From NCBI GenBank assembly GCA_045587745.1, contig JAZNCU010000031.1:2330-66329 (forward strand): a stretch of 64,000 bases of DNA, written 5' to 3'. The notes below the pieces were generated by a model that saw nothing but the letters and a program-made list of their open reading frames with translations, was not told the DNA's origin and made no database searches. Below, one piece after another: positions 7,857-16,273 of the stretch (within the stretch, counting starts at the first letter, position 1; every line of letters starts with the position of its first letter). This DNA is from Eubacteriales bacterium (GTDB taxonomy: Bacteria > Bacillota > Clostridia > Oscillospirales > CAG-382). The position numbers were made by a program, and so were the translations under genes.

Positions 7857-10364
7857 ATGAATCAGGTAAAACCTGCAGCTATACTTCTATGCGCCGGACG
7901 CGGCACAAGAATGAAGGACGACCGCACTCACAAGGTATGCTATGAAATTGCGGGCAGACCTGCAATACTAAGGCTGATCGATAACCTCAAGGCGTCGGGC
8001 GTTACACGCTTTGTGGTGGTAGTGGGCGCAAAGGCCGACAAGGTTATGGACTGCCTCGACGGTGTTGAGGGAGTTGTATATGCATACCAAAAAACCCAGA
8101 ACGGCACCGGCAACGCCGCCGCAATAGGACTCAAGGCGTTGGCTTCGACGGGATATACGGGCGGTGCTTTCGTTTGTATGGGCGACAAGATTATCCATTC
8201 CGACGTATTTACCGCACTTATCGAACGCTTTGACGGCAGGAAGGCGGTTTTTGCCGTTACTCCCAAGGAATTTAACCCCTCGGGCGGCAGAGTGCTGATG
8301 AAGGACGGCAGAGTGTGCGGTATTATCGAGAGGACCGATTCCTATCTCAGGCATCTTTCCTATTTGCTTCCGCTGACCGACGGTGAGCTGGAAAAGGAGA
8401 TCCAAAAATTCGGTCTCGACGAAAAAAAGAGAAAACAGCTTTTTGATAAAGCAAAAACCCTATCGGCTCCCATTCCCACACGTCTGTGCGGAGTGGATTT
8501 TGACCCGTCGGAAATCGAGGAAATGCCCTACGTAAATGCGGCGACCTATCTCGTGGATACCGAAAAATGCATATCGGCACTTACGGGAATTGACTCGAAC
8601 AACGCCCAGGGCGAGCTGTATATGACCGATGCCATCAACCGTCTTTCCGAGACCGGAGATGCCGAGATAGTGCTCGTTGATCAGCCTCGCAAGCTACTTA
8701 CCTACAGCACTATGGAGGAGCTTCTCAAGCTGGGTAGGTATTTTTCGGACGGTGACGTCTCAACGGATTTCCCCAAGGCGAGCGTTTTGCTCTCAAAAAT
8801 CGAGGGTCGTGAGGGCGAGCTTTGGAGCCGTTTTTGCAGTATTTACGGCGGTGACAGCGAGCTGATCGAGGAGCGCCGCGATTGCTACATAAAGCTTTTG
8901 AACGCCTTTATAGCCAAATACGGCGACCGAGAGGCTGTTATATCACGTGCGCCCGGCAGAGTGAACGTAATGGGCAGGCATATTGAGCATCGAGGCGGAA
9001 GCGTCAACGTAATGACCATCAACCGTGAAATGCTTTGCGTTGCATCCCCGCGCAGGGACGATATGATTTTCGCATCCAATACCGATGGAATGTTCGTGGA
9101 CAAGGATTTTTCGATCCTCGACCATATCGGCCGCTACGATACCGAAAATTGGATGGAGTTTATTGAATCGCAGGATATTCTTGCGATAGTTGCCGAGAAC
9201 AGGGGCAGCTGGATCAATTATATAAAATCCGCAGTTCTCAGACTGCAGCTTGCCGACAGATCGAGGACTCTTTGCGGTATGGATATGATGTTCTCGGGAA
9301 ATATTCCCATGGCGGCAGGTCTGAGCAGCTCCTCAGCTATTGTCGTTGCAACCATGGAGGCATGTCTTGCGCTCAACAAAATCAGCCTTCCGCAGGCCGA
9401 CTTTATCCGTTTGTGCGGCGAGGGCGAGTGGTTTGTGGGCTCGAGAGGCGGCGCAGGTGATCACGCCGCAATGAAATGCGGACGTGTGGGAAGCATCACC
9501 CATCTGTTTTTCAACCCCTTCTCGGTCGGAAGCTCGGTTCCGTTCCCGAGTGATTATCGGCTCATCGTTGCCAACAGCTATATCGAGGCAAAAAAGAGCG
9601 CAGGCGCAAAGGATGTATTTAACTCAAAAATTGCGGCGTACGAGTTTGGTCTTATGCTGCTCAAAAAGAATTACCCCGAGTTTGCCGAAAAGATGAGGGT
9701 GCTCAAGGACGTCAACCCCAAAACGCTCTCTGTTCCCCCGTCACGCATTTACGAGATGCTTATTTCTCTTCCCGAGAGGATGACGGCAGACGAGGTGCTT
9801 AGCGCACTTCCCGAGCATAAAGCAAGGATTATTCAGATACTAAAAAACCACACTCCGCCCGAGTCGTACGATATCCGCAGTGTTGTGCTTTACGGTATTG
9901 CCGAGTGCGAGCGCAGTGAGTACTGCATTGAGTGCCTCACAAACGGCGACATCAAAATGCTTGGCAGGCTAATGAACATCAGCCACAGCGGTGACAGGGT
10001 TTGGAGTGACGGTCGGGCATACGATTACTCGGCAAACGAGCTCTACCTCTACCGCCTTATCAACCACCTCAAGAGTGAGAACACCGAGCGTGTCAATACG
10101 GCTCAGCTTTACAACCAGCCGGGCGGCTACTCCTGCTCCACCAAGGAGATAGACGAGCTTGTTGACGGCGTTTGTGAGCAGGAGGGCGTTCTCGGCGCAC
10201 AGCTTGCGGGCGCAGGGCTTGGCGGCTGTATAATGATTCTCGTTCGCAAGGAAAATGCCGAATCGGTAATGCAATATCTTGACGAAAGCTATTACAGCAG
10301 ACTCGGCAAGCCGAGCGGAGCGTTCCTGTTCTCGGTCATCGAGGGCTCAGGTGTCCTCTGCTGA
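7857..10364 (+). CDS. bifunctional sugar-1-phosphate nucleotidyltransferase (N-terminal) / galactokinase-family GHMP sugar kinase (C-terminal)
   Basis: The N-terminus has AILLCAGRGTRMK and QNGTGNA, like GlmU/RmlA-type NTP-transferases. The C-terminus has APGRVNVMGRHIEHRGG (GalK signature-like), PMAAGLSSSSA (GHMP motif II) and GAGLGGC (motif III). The ATG at 7857 follows the DegT stop. It is one continuous ORF of about 835 aa. Confidence 0.75.
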   Translation: MNQVKPAAILLCAGRGTRMKDDRTHKVCYEIAGRPAILRLIDNLKASGVTRFVVVVGAKADKVMDCLDGVEGVVYAYQKTQNGTGNAAAIGLKALASTGYTGGAFVCMGDKIIHSDVFTALIERFDGRKAVFAVTPKEFNPSGGRVLMKDGRVCGIIERTDSYLRHLSYLLPLTDGELEKEIQKFGLDEKKRKQLFDKAKTLSAPIPTRLCGVDFDPSEIEEMPYVNAATYLVDTEKCISALTGIDSNNAQGELYMTDAINRLSETGDAEIVLVDQPRKLLTYSTMEELLKLGRYFSDGDVSTDFPKASVLLSKIEGREGELWSRFCSIYGGDSELIEERRDCYIKLLNAFIAKYGDREAVISRAPGRVNVMGRHIEHRGGSVNVMTINREMLCVASPRRDDMIFASNTDGMFVDKDFSILDHIGRYDTENWMEFIESQDILAIVAENRGSWINYIKSAVLRLQLADRSRTLCGMDMMFSGNIPMAAGLSSSSAIVVATMEACLALNKISLPQADFIRLCGEGEWFVGSRGGAGDHAAMKCGRVGSITHLFFNPFSVGSSVPFPSDYRLIVANSYIEAKKSAGAKDVFNSKIAAYEFGLMLLKKNYPEFAEKMRVLKDVNPKTLSVPPSRIYEMLISLPERMTADEVLSALPEHKARIIQILKNHTPPESYDIRSVVLYGIAECERSEYCIECLTNGDIKMLGRLMNISHSGDRVWSDGRAYDYSANELYLYRLINHLKSENTERVNTAQLYNQPGGYSCSTKEIDELVDGVCEQEGVLGAQLAGAGLGGCIMILVRKENAESVMQYLDESYYSRLGKPSGAFLFSVIEGSGVLC

Positions 10365-10385
10365 CGATCAAAGCATTAAAAAACG

Positions 10386-10415
10386 ACCTCCTGCGGAATT
10401 TTATCCGCAGGAGGT
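10386..10415. terminator. bidirectional intrinsic terminator between convergent genes
   Basis: Perfect 12-bp stem ACCTCCTGCGGA / TCCGCAGGAGGT with a 6-nt loop. It has an A-run upstream and a T-rich tract downstream. Confidence 0.7.
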
Positions 10416-10424
10416 TATTTGTTG

Positions 10425-11630
10425 CTATAGATATATGACCGAGGTCTCCGCATCGGGAAACGCAACGGCTCCGAAAAGCGACGGATTAAGCTCTACCGAC
10501 CGTCCCTCGCTATGGAAAATAAACGCTCCGTCCACCTTGTCGAGGGGCATACGGCGGTTACCGACCACGGCAGTAAGCCCGATGTTGACCGAATAAACAC
10601 CGCTTGCAAGCAGAGAAACGTCCGTCTCGCAAGCAATCTCTGTCGGAACACCGCTTTTGAGCTCAAAGGCGTTCCCCGTCCTGATAGTGCCTACCGGCTG
10701 ACCGTCGGCAGTACACACGGTAAACAGAAGCTCGGCGCACTCAACGTCCTGGACAGGAAGGATTTTTACCTTTACGGGCAATTTTCCGTTCGATTCCCTG
10801 CCAACAGATGCGCTGTCGATCGCACAGGGCATCGCAAAACTGCCCGAGCGTGCCGCAGAGGAAAAGGAATAGTAGCTCTCGCCGCCGTCACGAGCAATGT
10901 TCATATAATGCTCGATGGCGCTCGAGGTATCGCCGTCAAAAATCAGCTTGCCCTTTTTGAGTACAATACTTCGGGGACAGAGCTGACGGACGCTGTTCAT
11001 ATTATGGCTGACGAACAGTATCGTCCTGCCCTCCTGCGACGCAATCTCACCGAGTCGAGTAAGACATTTTTGCTGGAAGCGCACGTCGCCTACCGCAAGC
11101 ACCTCGTCCATAATAAGAATATCGTTGTCGAGGTTGACGGCAACCGAAAAGGCGAGCTTTACGAACATTCCGCTTGAATAGCGCTTTACGGGTGTATCGA
11201 TAAACTCCTCGCATTCCGAAAAAGCGATTATCTCATCAAGCTTTTTGTCTATTGCTCTTTTTGACATTCCGAGAATAGTGCCGTTTAAGTAAATATTCTC
11301 TCTGCCCGTAAGCTCGTTATGAAAGCCAGTGCCTATCTGGAGAATACTCGAAACACGTCCGTCGATATAGATATCGCCCTTGGTGGGTGCGGTTATACGG
11401 GCTATCATCCGAAGCAGAGTGCTTTTACCTGCACCGTTTCCGCCGATAATGGCAAGCTTTTCGCCCCTGCCGACCTCAAATGAAACGTCGTCTACCGCAT
11501 AAAACGTGCCTTTTTTCTCTTTTTCACGGGAGAAAAGCTGCCGTACCTCGTCCGACAGCGTTTTTGCGCCGATCGCACCGTAGCGATACTGCTTGCTGAC
11601 ATGCTCGGCTTTTAATACAAGGTCGTTCAT
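10425..11630 (-). CDS. polysaccharide/teichoic-acid ABC exporter ATPase (TagH/Wzt type) with an extra C-terminal beta-rich domain
   Basis: Walker A GGNGAGKST, signature YSSGM, Walker B ILIMDEVLAVGD and H-loop SHNM. About 150 extra C-terminal residues sit where Wzt carbohydrate-binding domains occur. An AGGAGG RBS is present. Confidence 0.85.
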   Translation of the reverse strand: MNDLVLKAEHVSKQYRYGAIGAKTLSDEVRQLFSREKEKKGTFYAVDDVSFEVGRGEKLAIIGGNGAGKSTLLRMIARITAPTKGDIYIDGRVSSILQIGTGFHNELTGRENIYLNGTILGMSKRAIDKKLDEIIAFSECEEFIDTPVKRYSSGMFVKLAFSVAVNLDNDILIMDEVLAVGDVRFQQKCLTRLGEIASQEGRTILFVSHNMNSVRQLCPRSIVLKKGKLIFDGDTSSAIEHYMNIARDGGESYYSFSSAARSGSFAMPCAIDSASVGRESNGKLPVKVKILPVQDVECAELLFTVCTADGQPVGTIRTGNAFELKSGVPTEIACETDVSLLASGVYSVNIGLTAVVGNRRMPLDKVDGAFIFHSEGRSVELNPSLFGAVAFPDAETSVIYL

Positions 11631-11639
11631 AAAGCCTCC

Positions 11640-12482
11640 TTAAACGGTATCGACAAAGGTGCGCTCAACACGGTTGAACAGCAGAATGCCCAAAAACAGT
11701 ATCGCCGCCGTAGCCGCAAGGCTGATCCCGAGATTCTCCCAAGGAATACTTCCGCAGCCGAAAAAGGCGTAGCGGAACGTCTCAACGATAGGTGACATCG
11801 GGTTGAGCATAATAAGGTCGCGAAGCAATCCGTCTACTGCGCTTGAGGGGTAAACAACGGGTGTTGCGTACATCAAAAGCCCCGTTCCAAACGAAACGAG
11901 CGAGGAAAGGTCACGGTATTTTGCGGTAAGTGCCGAGAGGATAAGCCCTATTCCCAAGCCGAGAAGAGCTGTGTGGAGCATCAACACGGGAAGCAAAAGG
12001 AGATAAAGGCTTGGATTTACCGCTCCCGACGAGCAGGCAAAATATACCGTAAAGCCGCCGAGCAGCAAAAGCTGTATCAGGAAATAAAAGAATTTTGTGA
12101 TAACCGATGCCACGGGAACCGAAAGTCTTGGGAAATACACCTTGCCGAACAAGGATTGGTTGGCAAGAAAGATATTGGAGTTTGAAATAAGGATTCCCGA
12201 AAACAGCGACCAAATAAGATTTCCGCAAAAATAGAACAAATACGAGGGAACTCCGTCGGTGGACAGGTTTGCAATATCCGAAAACACGATATTGTGAACG
12301 GCACTCGACAAAAGGGGACTGATTATCAGCCAGACAGGGCCGAGGACGGTTTGCTTGTAGGTGGTCGTAATATTACGCTTTACAAACAGCCATATCATAT
12401 CGCCGCAGGCGAACAGCTCACGGATGTGCAGGTTGAGTCTGCCGGCTCGGGCGCTGATGTGTACAGGCCACTTCTTATCCAT
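11640..12482 (-). CDS. ABC-2 type polysaccharide exporter permease (TagG/Wzm type)
   Basis: N-terminal ELF...LFVKRNITTTYKQTVLGPVWLIISPLL is typical of ABC-2 permeases, and there are 6 TM segments. I prefer the start at 12482 behind GGGGGAGGAAA over the ORF-track start at 12503. Confidence 0.8.
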   Translation of the reverse strand: MDKKWPVHISARAGRLNLHIRELFACGDMIWLFVKRNITTTYKQTVLGPVWLIISPLLSSAVHNIVFSDIANLSTDGVPSYLFYFCGNLIWSLFSGILISNSNIFLANQSLFGKVYFPRLSVPVASVITKFFYFLIQLLLLGGFTVYFACSSGAVNPSLYLLLLPVLMLHTALLGLGIGLILSALTAKYRDLSSLVSFGTGLLMYATPVVYPSSAVDGLLRDLIMLNPMSPIVETFRYAFFGCGSIPWENLGISLAATAAILFLGILLFNRVERTFVDTV

Positions 12483-12516
12483 TTTCCTCCCCCTTTCAGG
12501 CATTTATTTACTTATT

Positions 12517-12545
12517 TTTATACACCAATGCTTGGGAAATGTCAA
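12517..12545 (-). promoter_or_regulatory. sigma-A-type promoter for the ABC exporter genes
   Basis: On the minus strand: TTGACA (12545-12540), a 17-bp spacer, then TATAAA (12522-12517). Confidence 0.4.
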
Positions 12546-12546
12546 G

Positions 12547-13458
12547 TCACCGGGAATGTGAGTGGCTGTGAGTATGATGGGAATGCGCCCGACCTATGCC
12601 TTCGGACCTATGCCGGAGGTCGTCGCATTGTGTACCCTCTTTTTCGCACTCGACAGTGACGTGACTCACGCCAAGCTCCGAAATACGGCTTTTTACTTCT
12701 CTTTTTACTCCCTCCCAATCGTCACCGCAAAAAACGATATGAAGAGAGGCACAGTGGTTAATTCCGTCAAAACTGCGGAGATGAACGTGGTGCACCTCCA
12801 CAACGCCTTTGCATTCCAGTGCCGCCTGCTCCACCTGCTCGCAGGTTATTCCGGTTACGGTGGATTTATCGAGAAACAGCGCAATTACGTCGCCTATAGA
12901 GCGCAACGCCTCGACGAGGATGAATACCGCAACGAGGATCGAGAGGATCGGGTCGATTACCGCAAGTCCCGTAAGCCTTATAATCGCAGCTCCGACAAGC
13001 ACGGCTCCCCATCCAAGAACGTCCTCAAGCATATGAAGATTGACCGCCCGTCCTCCCAGCGAGCCGCCGCCCTTGGTGGCAAAAAAAGCCGCAAGGTTTG
13101 CGGCCAGCCCGAAAACCGCAAAAATAAGCATTCCCCCGCTGTTGAGCTCGCCCGGGTGAAGCAGCCTGTAAACGGCATTGACAATCACGGCGGCAGAGCT
13201 GAGTATCATTATTCCGTGAGTAATAAACGCTCCGAGCGCCGAATACCTTGCATATCCGTAGGTATATTTGCTGTCGGGAGCCCTTTTGCTGATTTTTTCA
13301 AATATGAGCGACAGCCCTATGCTGAGCGCGTCCCCAAAATCGTGAACGGCATCCGAGATAATTGCCGCAGACCCGGTATATATCCCTCCGAAAAGCTCAA
13401 GCACCGAGAAAACTAAGTTAAGCAAAAATGCCGTCAAAATTCCGTTTTTGTGTTTCAT
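12547..13458 (-). CDS. cation diffusion facilitator (CDF) divalent-metal efflux transporter with a His-rich C-terminal tail
   Basis: SAAIISDAVHDFGDALS (TM2 HD motif), LHMLEDVLGW (TM5 HxxxD) and the C-terminal tail AHSHHTHSHSHSR. I prefer the start at 13458 (MKHKNG) behind GGAGGGG. Confidence 0.85.
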   Translation of the reverse strand: MKHKNGILTAFLLNLVFSVLELFGGIYTGSAAIISDAVHDFGDALSIGLSLIFEKISKRAPDSKYTYGYARYSALGAFITHGIMILSSAAVIVNAVYRLLHPGELNSGGMLIFAVFGLAANLAAFFATKGGGSLGGRAVNLHMLEDVLGWGAVLVGAAIIRLTGLAVIDPILSILVAVFILVEALRSIGDVIALFLDKSTVTGITCEQVEQAALECKGVVEVHHVHLRSFDGINHCASLHIVFCGDDWEGVKREVKSRISELGVSHVTVECEKEGTQCDDLRHRSEGIGRAHSHHTHSHSHSR

Positions 13459-13472
13459 AACACCCCTCCGTG

Positions 13473-13501
13473 TTGACAATCAAGCGATTTTGCCGTACAA
13501 T
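13473..13501 (+). promoter_or_regulatory. candidate promoter reading towards the TetR gene
   Basis: TTGACA (13473-13478), a 17-bp spacer, then TACAAT (13496-13501). It would give a 5' UTR of about 110 nt, and weaker alternative promoters exist closer to the gene. Confidence 0.35.
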
Positions 13502-13503
13502 AA

Positions 13504-13523
13504 GTATGTTATCATACAGTATG
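13504..13523. promoter_or_regulatory. nested inverted repeats, a candidate operator
   Basis: The motif is GTATG-ttat-CATAC-a-GTATG (13504-13523), which forms two overlapping 5-bp palindromes. It lies directly downstream of the -10 in the CDF/TetR divergent region. Confidence 0.3.
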
Positions 13524-13617
13524 TATATTATCCTGCTTTGTTTTGTTATTTTCAACAGACAAATATATTAAATTGTATGAAAACAGACAGATTTTAGTTT
13601 TTGTACGGAGAAAAATT

Positions 13618-14145
13618 ATGGACAGAAGGCAAATCAAATCACGCAGGGATATTTTTGCGGCATTTGGGCGGTTGCTTACAAAAAAGCGGTTTTCGAACAT
13701 TACGGTCGGCGAGATTATTGCCGAGGCGGACGTTTGCCGCAGCACCTTCTACTCGCATTTTGAAACGAAGGACGCCCTGCTTTCGGCATTTTGCAGCGAT
13801 ATATTTGACCATATACTCGAGGAGAGCATATGCGATTTTGGAGGGGAGGCGAGCCTTGATTCACGGCTGTCACACATACTCTGGCATTTGCAAAGGCAAA
13901 AGGAGATGACCTGCTCGCTGCTTACGGGGGACAGCGAGGGGCTTTTGATGAACAGCCTCAAAAAACAGCTTTTGCACCTGTTCAGCCTGCATATCAAGGA
14001 TTTTACGGACGAAGTGCCATACGATTTTGTTATAAATCATCTGTCGGCATCCTTTTGCGAAGCAATACGCTGGTGGGTACACAGCAATATGGAACCCGAG
14101 CCATCCACGGTCTCAGGCTATTTTTTGAAGATAAACGGCATATGA
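13618..14145 (+). CDS. TetR/AcrR-family transcriptional regulator
   Basis: The N-terminal HTH region (RRDIFAAFGRLLTKKRFSNITVGEIIAEADVCRSTFYSHFETKDALL) is the classic TetR_N pattern. The ATG at 13618 follows GGAGA. Confidence 0.8.
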   Translation: MDRRQIKSRRDIFAAFGRLLTKKRFSNITVGEIIAEADVCRSTFYSHFETKDALLSAFCSDIFDHILEESICDFGGEASLDSRLSHILWHLQRQKEMTCSLLTGDSEGLLMNSLKKQLLHLFSLHIKDFTDEVPYDFVINHLSASFCEAIRWWVHSNMEPEPSTVSGYFLKINGI

Positions 14146-14151
14146 GAAAAA

Positions 14152-14184
14152 ACGCTGCGGAGAGGCAACGCCCTGTTCCGCAGC
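14152..14184. terminator. bidirectional intrinsic terminator
   Basis: 9-bp stem CGCTGCGGA / TCCGCAGCG. It is flanked by an A-run on the left and a T-run (ATATTTTTTT) on the right, between convergent genes. Confidence 0.65.
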
Positions 14185-14197
14185 GATATTTTTTTAG

Positions 14198-15358
14198 TTA
14201 AGCAATCGAGCCGAAGCTTTCTACCTCGCTAACAGGCACGTACATAATTCCGTAGTGGAACTCAATGCCCTTCTCGCCCGAGGCGCGCATACGGCTTTGG
14301 AGACTTGAGCCCTCACGGATAAAACGGCAATCGGCATCAAACGTACCTATCGTCGGTAGCAGGTGCATATTGCGGTTTACGGCAAGAATATTGCTCTCGG
14401 GAGGAAGCACCGCCTCCAGCTGAGGCGAGAGAAGCCAGGAGTAGCAGGCGATCGCCTTGGTGTGATGCTCGGGATAAAAATCCTTGTAGAAATCGAGCGC
14501 CTGCAGGAACGCAAGCCGAATATTCTCGGGCGTGTAGACGACCTTTGAGGGGATATGTATCTCGATGGTGGGATCGCCCTCACGCAAAAAGTCCTTCCAT
14601 ACCGATTTGTCAAACTCGGTCTGATTGAGATCGACCTTGCCGTCAGCGGCTATCACGTTGCCGATATACTTGTTCTCGTCCTCATAGAACGAGGTTTTGC
14701 CGACCGATTTTTCCTCGCAATCGACCAGCTCGCCGCTCTTGCCCACAAAAAACTCTCCGCCTGCGAGCGAAACGTAGCTCTTACCGTCGGTAATTACGGG
14801 AAAATCGCCCGTAAACTGACCGGGGACGAACTTGAGTATCCCGAACATAAACATACATCCGCCCGCACCGAGCATATTCCAATGCCACTCGAGAATTCCC
14901 CAATAACCCTTGGAATTAAAGCAGCTCTGTGTGTAGCCCCTGAACGAGCCGATGTTCTCGGCGTTAAGCTCGACAGGCGGTTTTTTGTTTTTGAGGGTGT
15001 TTGCCATCATAACCGCAACGAGCACCCAGCCCACCTGCTCGGGCATAAGCCCCTCAACGCAGAAAAGAGGCTCCCGGTAGATATAATTGACCCAAGGAAC
15101 ACGCTTATATACCGTCAGCTCGGCAAGAAACGAGCCGCAAAGATGGCCGTCATCCGAGTCGTTTATCACCTTGGCGCAGTGGATGAGAGCCCGCTTTGCT
15201 TCCTCGGGCAGCTCGGTTGCCTCGGAAACGAAAACCGCATCCTCCTCCGAAAGGAGCGGCTTGCTCCTGTCGTACTCCGCCATAAAAGCATCAAAATAGT
15301 CCTTTCCGTAGGACGGCATTTCAAAACAGAATTTACTGCAAAGCTCGGTGTAGGTCAT
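14198..15358 (-). CDS. hypothetical protein, possibly an N-acyltransferase-like (GNAT-like C-terminal domain) protein
   Basis: 386-aa ORF with no TM segments. The C-terminal segment (HTKAIACYSWLLSPQLEAVLPPESNILAVNRNMHLL) recalls uncharacterised proteins annotated as acyltransferase domain-containing. That assignment is from memory only. Confidence 0.4.
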   Translation of the reverse strand: MTYTELCSKFCFEMPSYGKDYFDAFMAEYDRSKPLLSEEDAVFVSEATELPEEAKRALIHCAKVINDSDDGHLCGSFLAELTVYKRVPWVNYIYREPLFCVEGLMPEQVGWVLVAVMMANTLKNKKPPVELNAENIGSFRGYTQSCFNSKGYWGILEWHWNMLGAGGCMFMFGILKFVPGQFTGDFPVITDGKSYVSLAGGEFFVGKSGELVDCEEKSVGKTSFYEDENKYIGNVIAADGKVDLNQTEFDKSVWKDFLREGDPTIEIHIPSKVVYTPENIRLAFLQALDFYKDFYPEHHTKAIACYSWLLSPQLEAVLPPESNILAVNRNMHLLPTIGTFDADCRFIREGSSLQSRMRASGEKGIEFHYGIMYVPVSEVESFGSIA

Positions 15359-15360
15359 AT

Positions 15361-16182
15361 TTACTCTCCTATTATATATCGGTTGATGTTTCCTGCGATG
15401 CCCTGTGAGGAAACGTACTGCGTCACCTCGGGCGATATCTCGCTCACGTCACAAAAATGCAGATGCCCTGCAAGGACGGCAATGATTCTTTTGCCGTTTT
15501 TCTTGATCAGCTCAATAAAATCACAATTCGTTTTCGGACAGCCGTCGTAATTAAGCTGAAAATACTCGCCGCATTTGCGAAGCCGCTCGGCGTTGCCCTC
15601 GGTCATTATCGGCACGTGCATCACTATCAGTATCGGTTTTTCGCCTTCAAGGATGCACTTCAGCTCTGCGAGCTGATGCTCGGTTACAAGGCGGTCGGAG
15701 TTGTCAATGCCCACTATGAGCATATCCCCGAGGTCAAGTGTCTGTACGGGCTGTTTGGTTTTGGAAAAAACATATCCGTCGGGAATATCACAGGGCTTAT
15801 CATGATTTCCGCAAACAGCAATATATTTTGCCGTTGCGCTTCCGAAAAGCCTGTCCGCAATACGCAAATTTGCGCCGCTCGTATAATCGAGCGTGTCGCC
15901 TGCAACCACAAAAGCGTCGCCGCCCTGCGCCACACTCATCAGGTTTTTGAAATGAGTCATCGGACTCTGCTGCTGAAGCTCCCCAAACGGCTCACCGTAT
16001 GCAAGGGGAAAGCTCCTTCGCACGCTATCCCAAGCCTCCGTTTGCTTTTTTGCCTTTTCGGTCTCGGCTTCGTCCGAAAGACTGTCATACTCGGTTAGAT
16101 GCGAGTCGCTGAAATGGTAAATAACCTTTTTTGAAATCCCCACGGCGGGAATAAAATACTCACGAAAAAGCACCTTTTCCAT
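15361..16182 (-). CDS. metallophosphoesterase (calcineurin-like)
   Basis: All five metallophosphoesterase blocks are present: HFSDSHL, VVAGDTLDY, VCGNHD, IVMHVP and LAGHLH. Confidence 0.8.
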   Translation of the reverse strand: MEKVLFREYFIPAVGISKKVIYHFSDSHLTEYDSLSDEAETEKAKKQTEAWDSVRRSFPLAYGEPFGELQQQSPMTHFKNLMSVAQGGDAFVVAGDTLDYTSGANLRIADRLFGSATAKYIAVCGNHDKPCDIPDGYVFSKTKQPVQTLDLGDMLIVGIDNSDRLVTEHQLAELKCILEGEKPILIVMHVPIMTEGNAERLRKCGEYFQLNYDGCPKTNCDFIELIKKNGKRIIAVLAGHLHFCDVSEISPEVTQYVSSQGIAGNINRYIIGE

Positions 16183-16204
16183 AATCCACCTCCGCTATGT
16201 AACA

Positions 16205-16233
16205 ATTATACCATATGGTGCTCTCTTTAGCAA
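16205..16233 (-). promoter_or_regulatory. promoter of the metallophosphoesterase/acyltransferase-like operon
   Basis: On the minus strand: TTGCTA, a 17-bp spacer, then TGgTATAAT (extended -10). It sits about 20 nt upstream of a GGAGGTGG RBS. Confidence 0.45.
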
Positions 16234-16240
16234 GAAAAAA

Positions 16241-16266
16241 AGCCTGCCGCAATTAAACGGAAGGCT
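16241..16266 (-). terminator. intrinsic terminator after argH
   Basis: On the minus strand, stem AGCCTTCCG / CGGCAGGCT (one mismatch) is followed by TTTTTTT. Confidence 0.55.
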
Positions 16267-16273
16267 ATTTATG

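Noticed and set aside
10279-10596. 105-aa plus-strand ORF spanning the end of the kinase fusion gene, the terminator and the end of the ABC ATPase gene
   Set aside because: It crosses a strong bidirectional terminator and overlaps two supported genes. It has no motifs.
13543-13617. Longer N-terminal extensions given by the ORF track. Examples: TetR at 13543, argG at 18958, hom at 51206, ahcY at 44513, flavoprotein at 20691, ribU at 63884, MBOAT at 28158, lipoprotein at 28122.
   Set aside because: In each case an internal ATG has a good GGAGG-type RBS and begins the conserved family N-terminus or signal peptide. The extension overlaps promoters, terminators or upstream genes.
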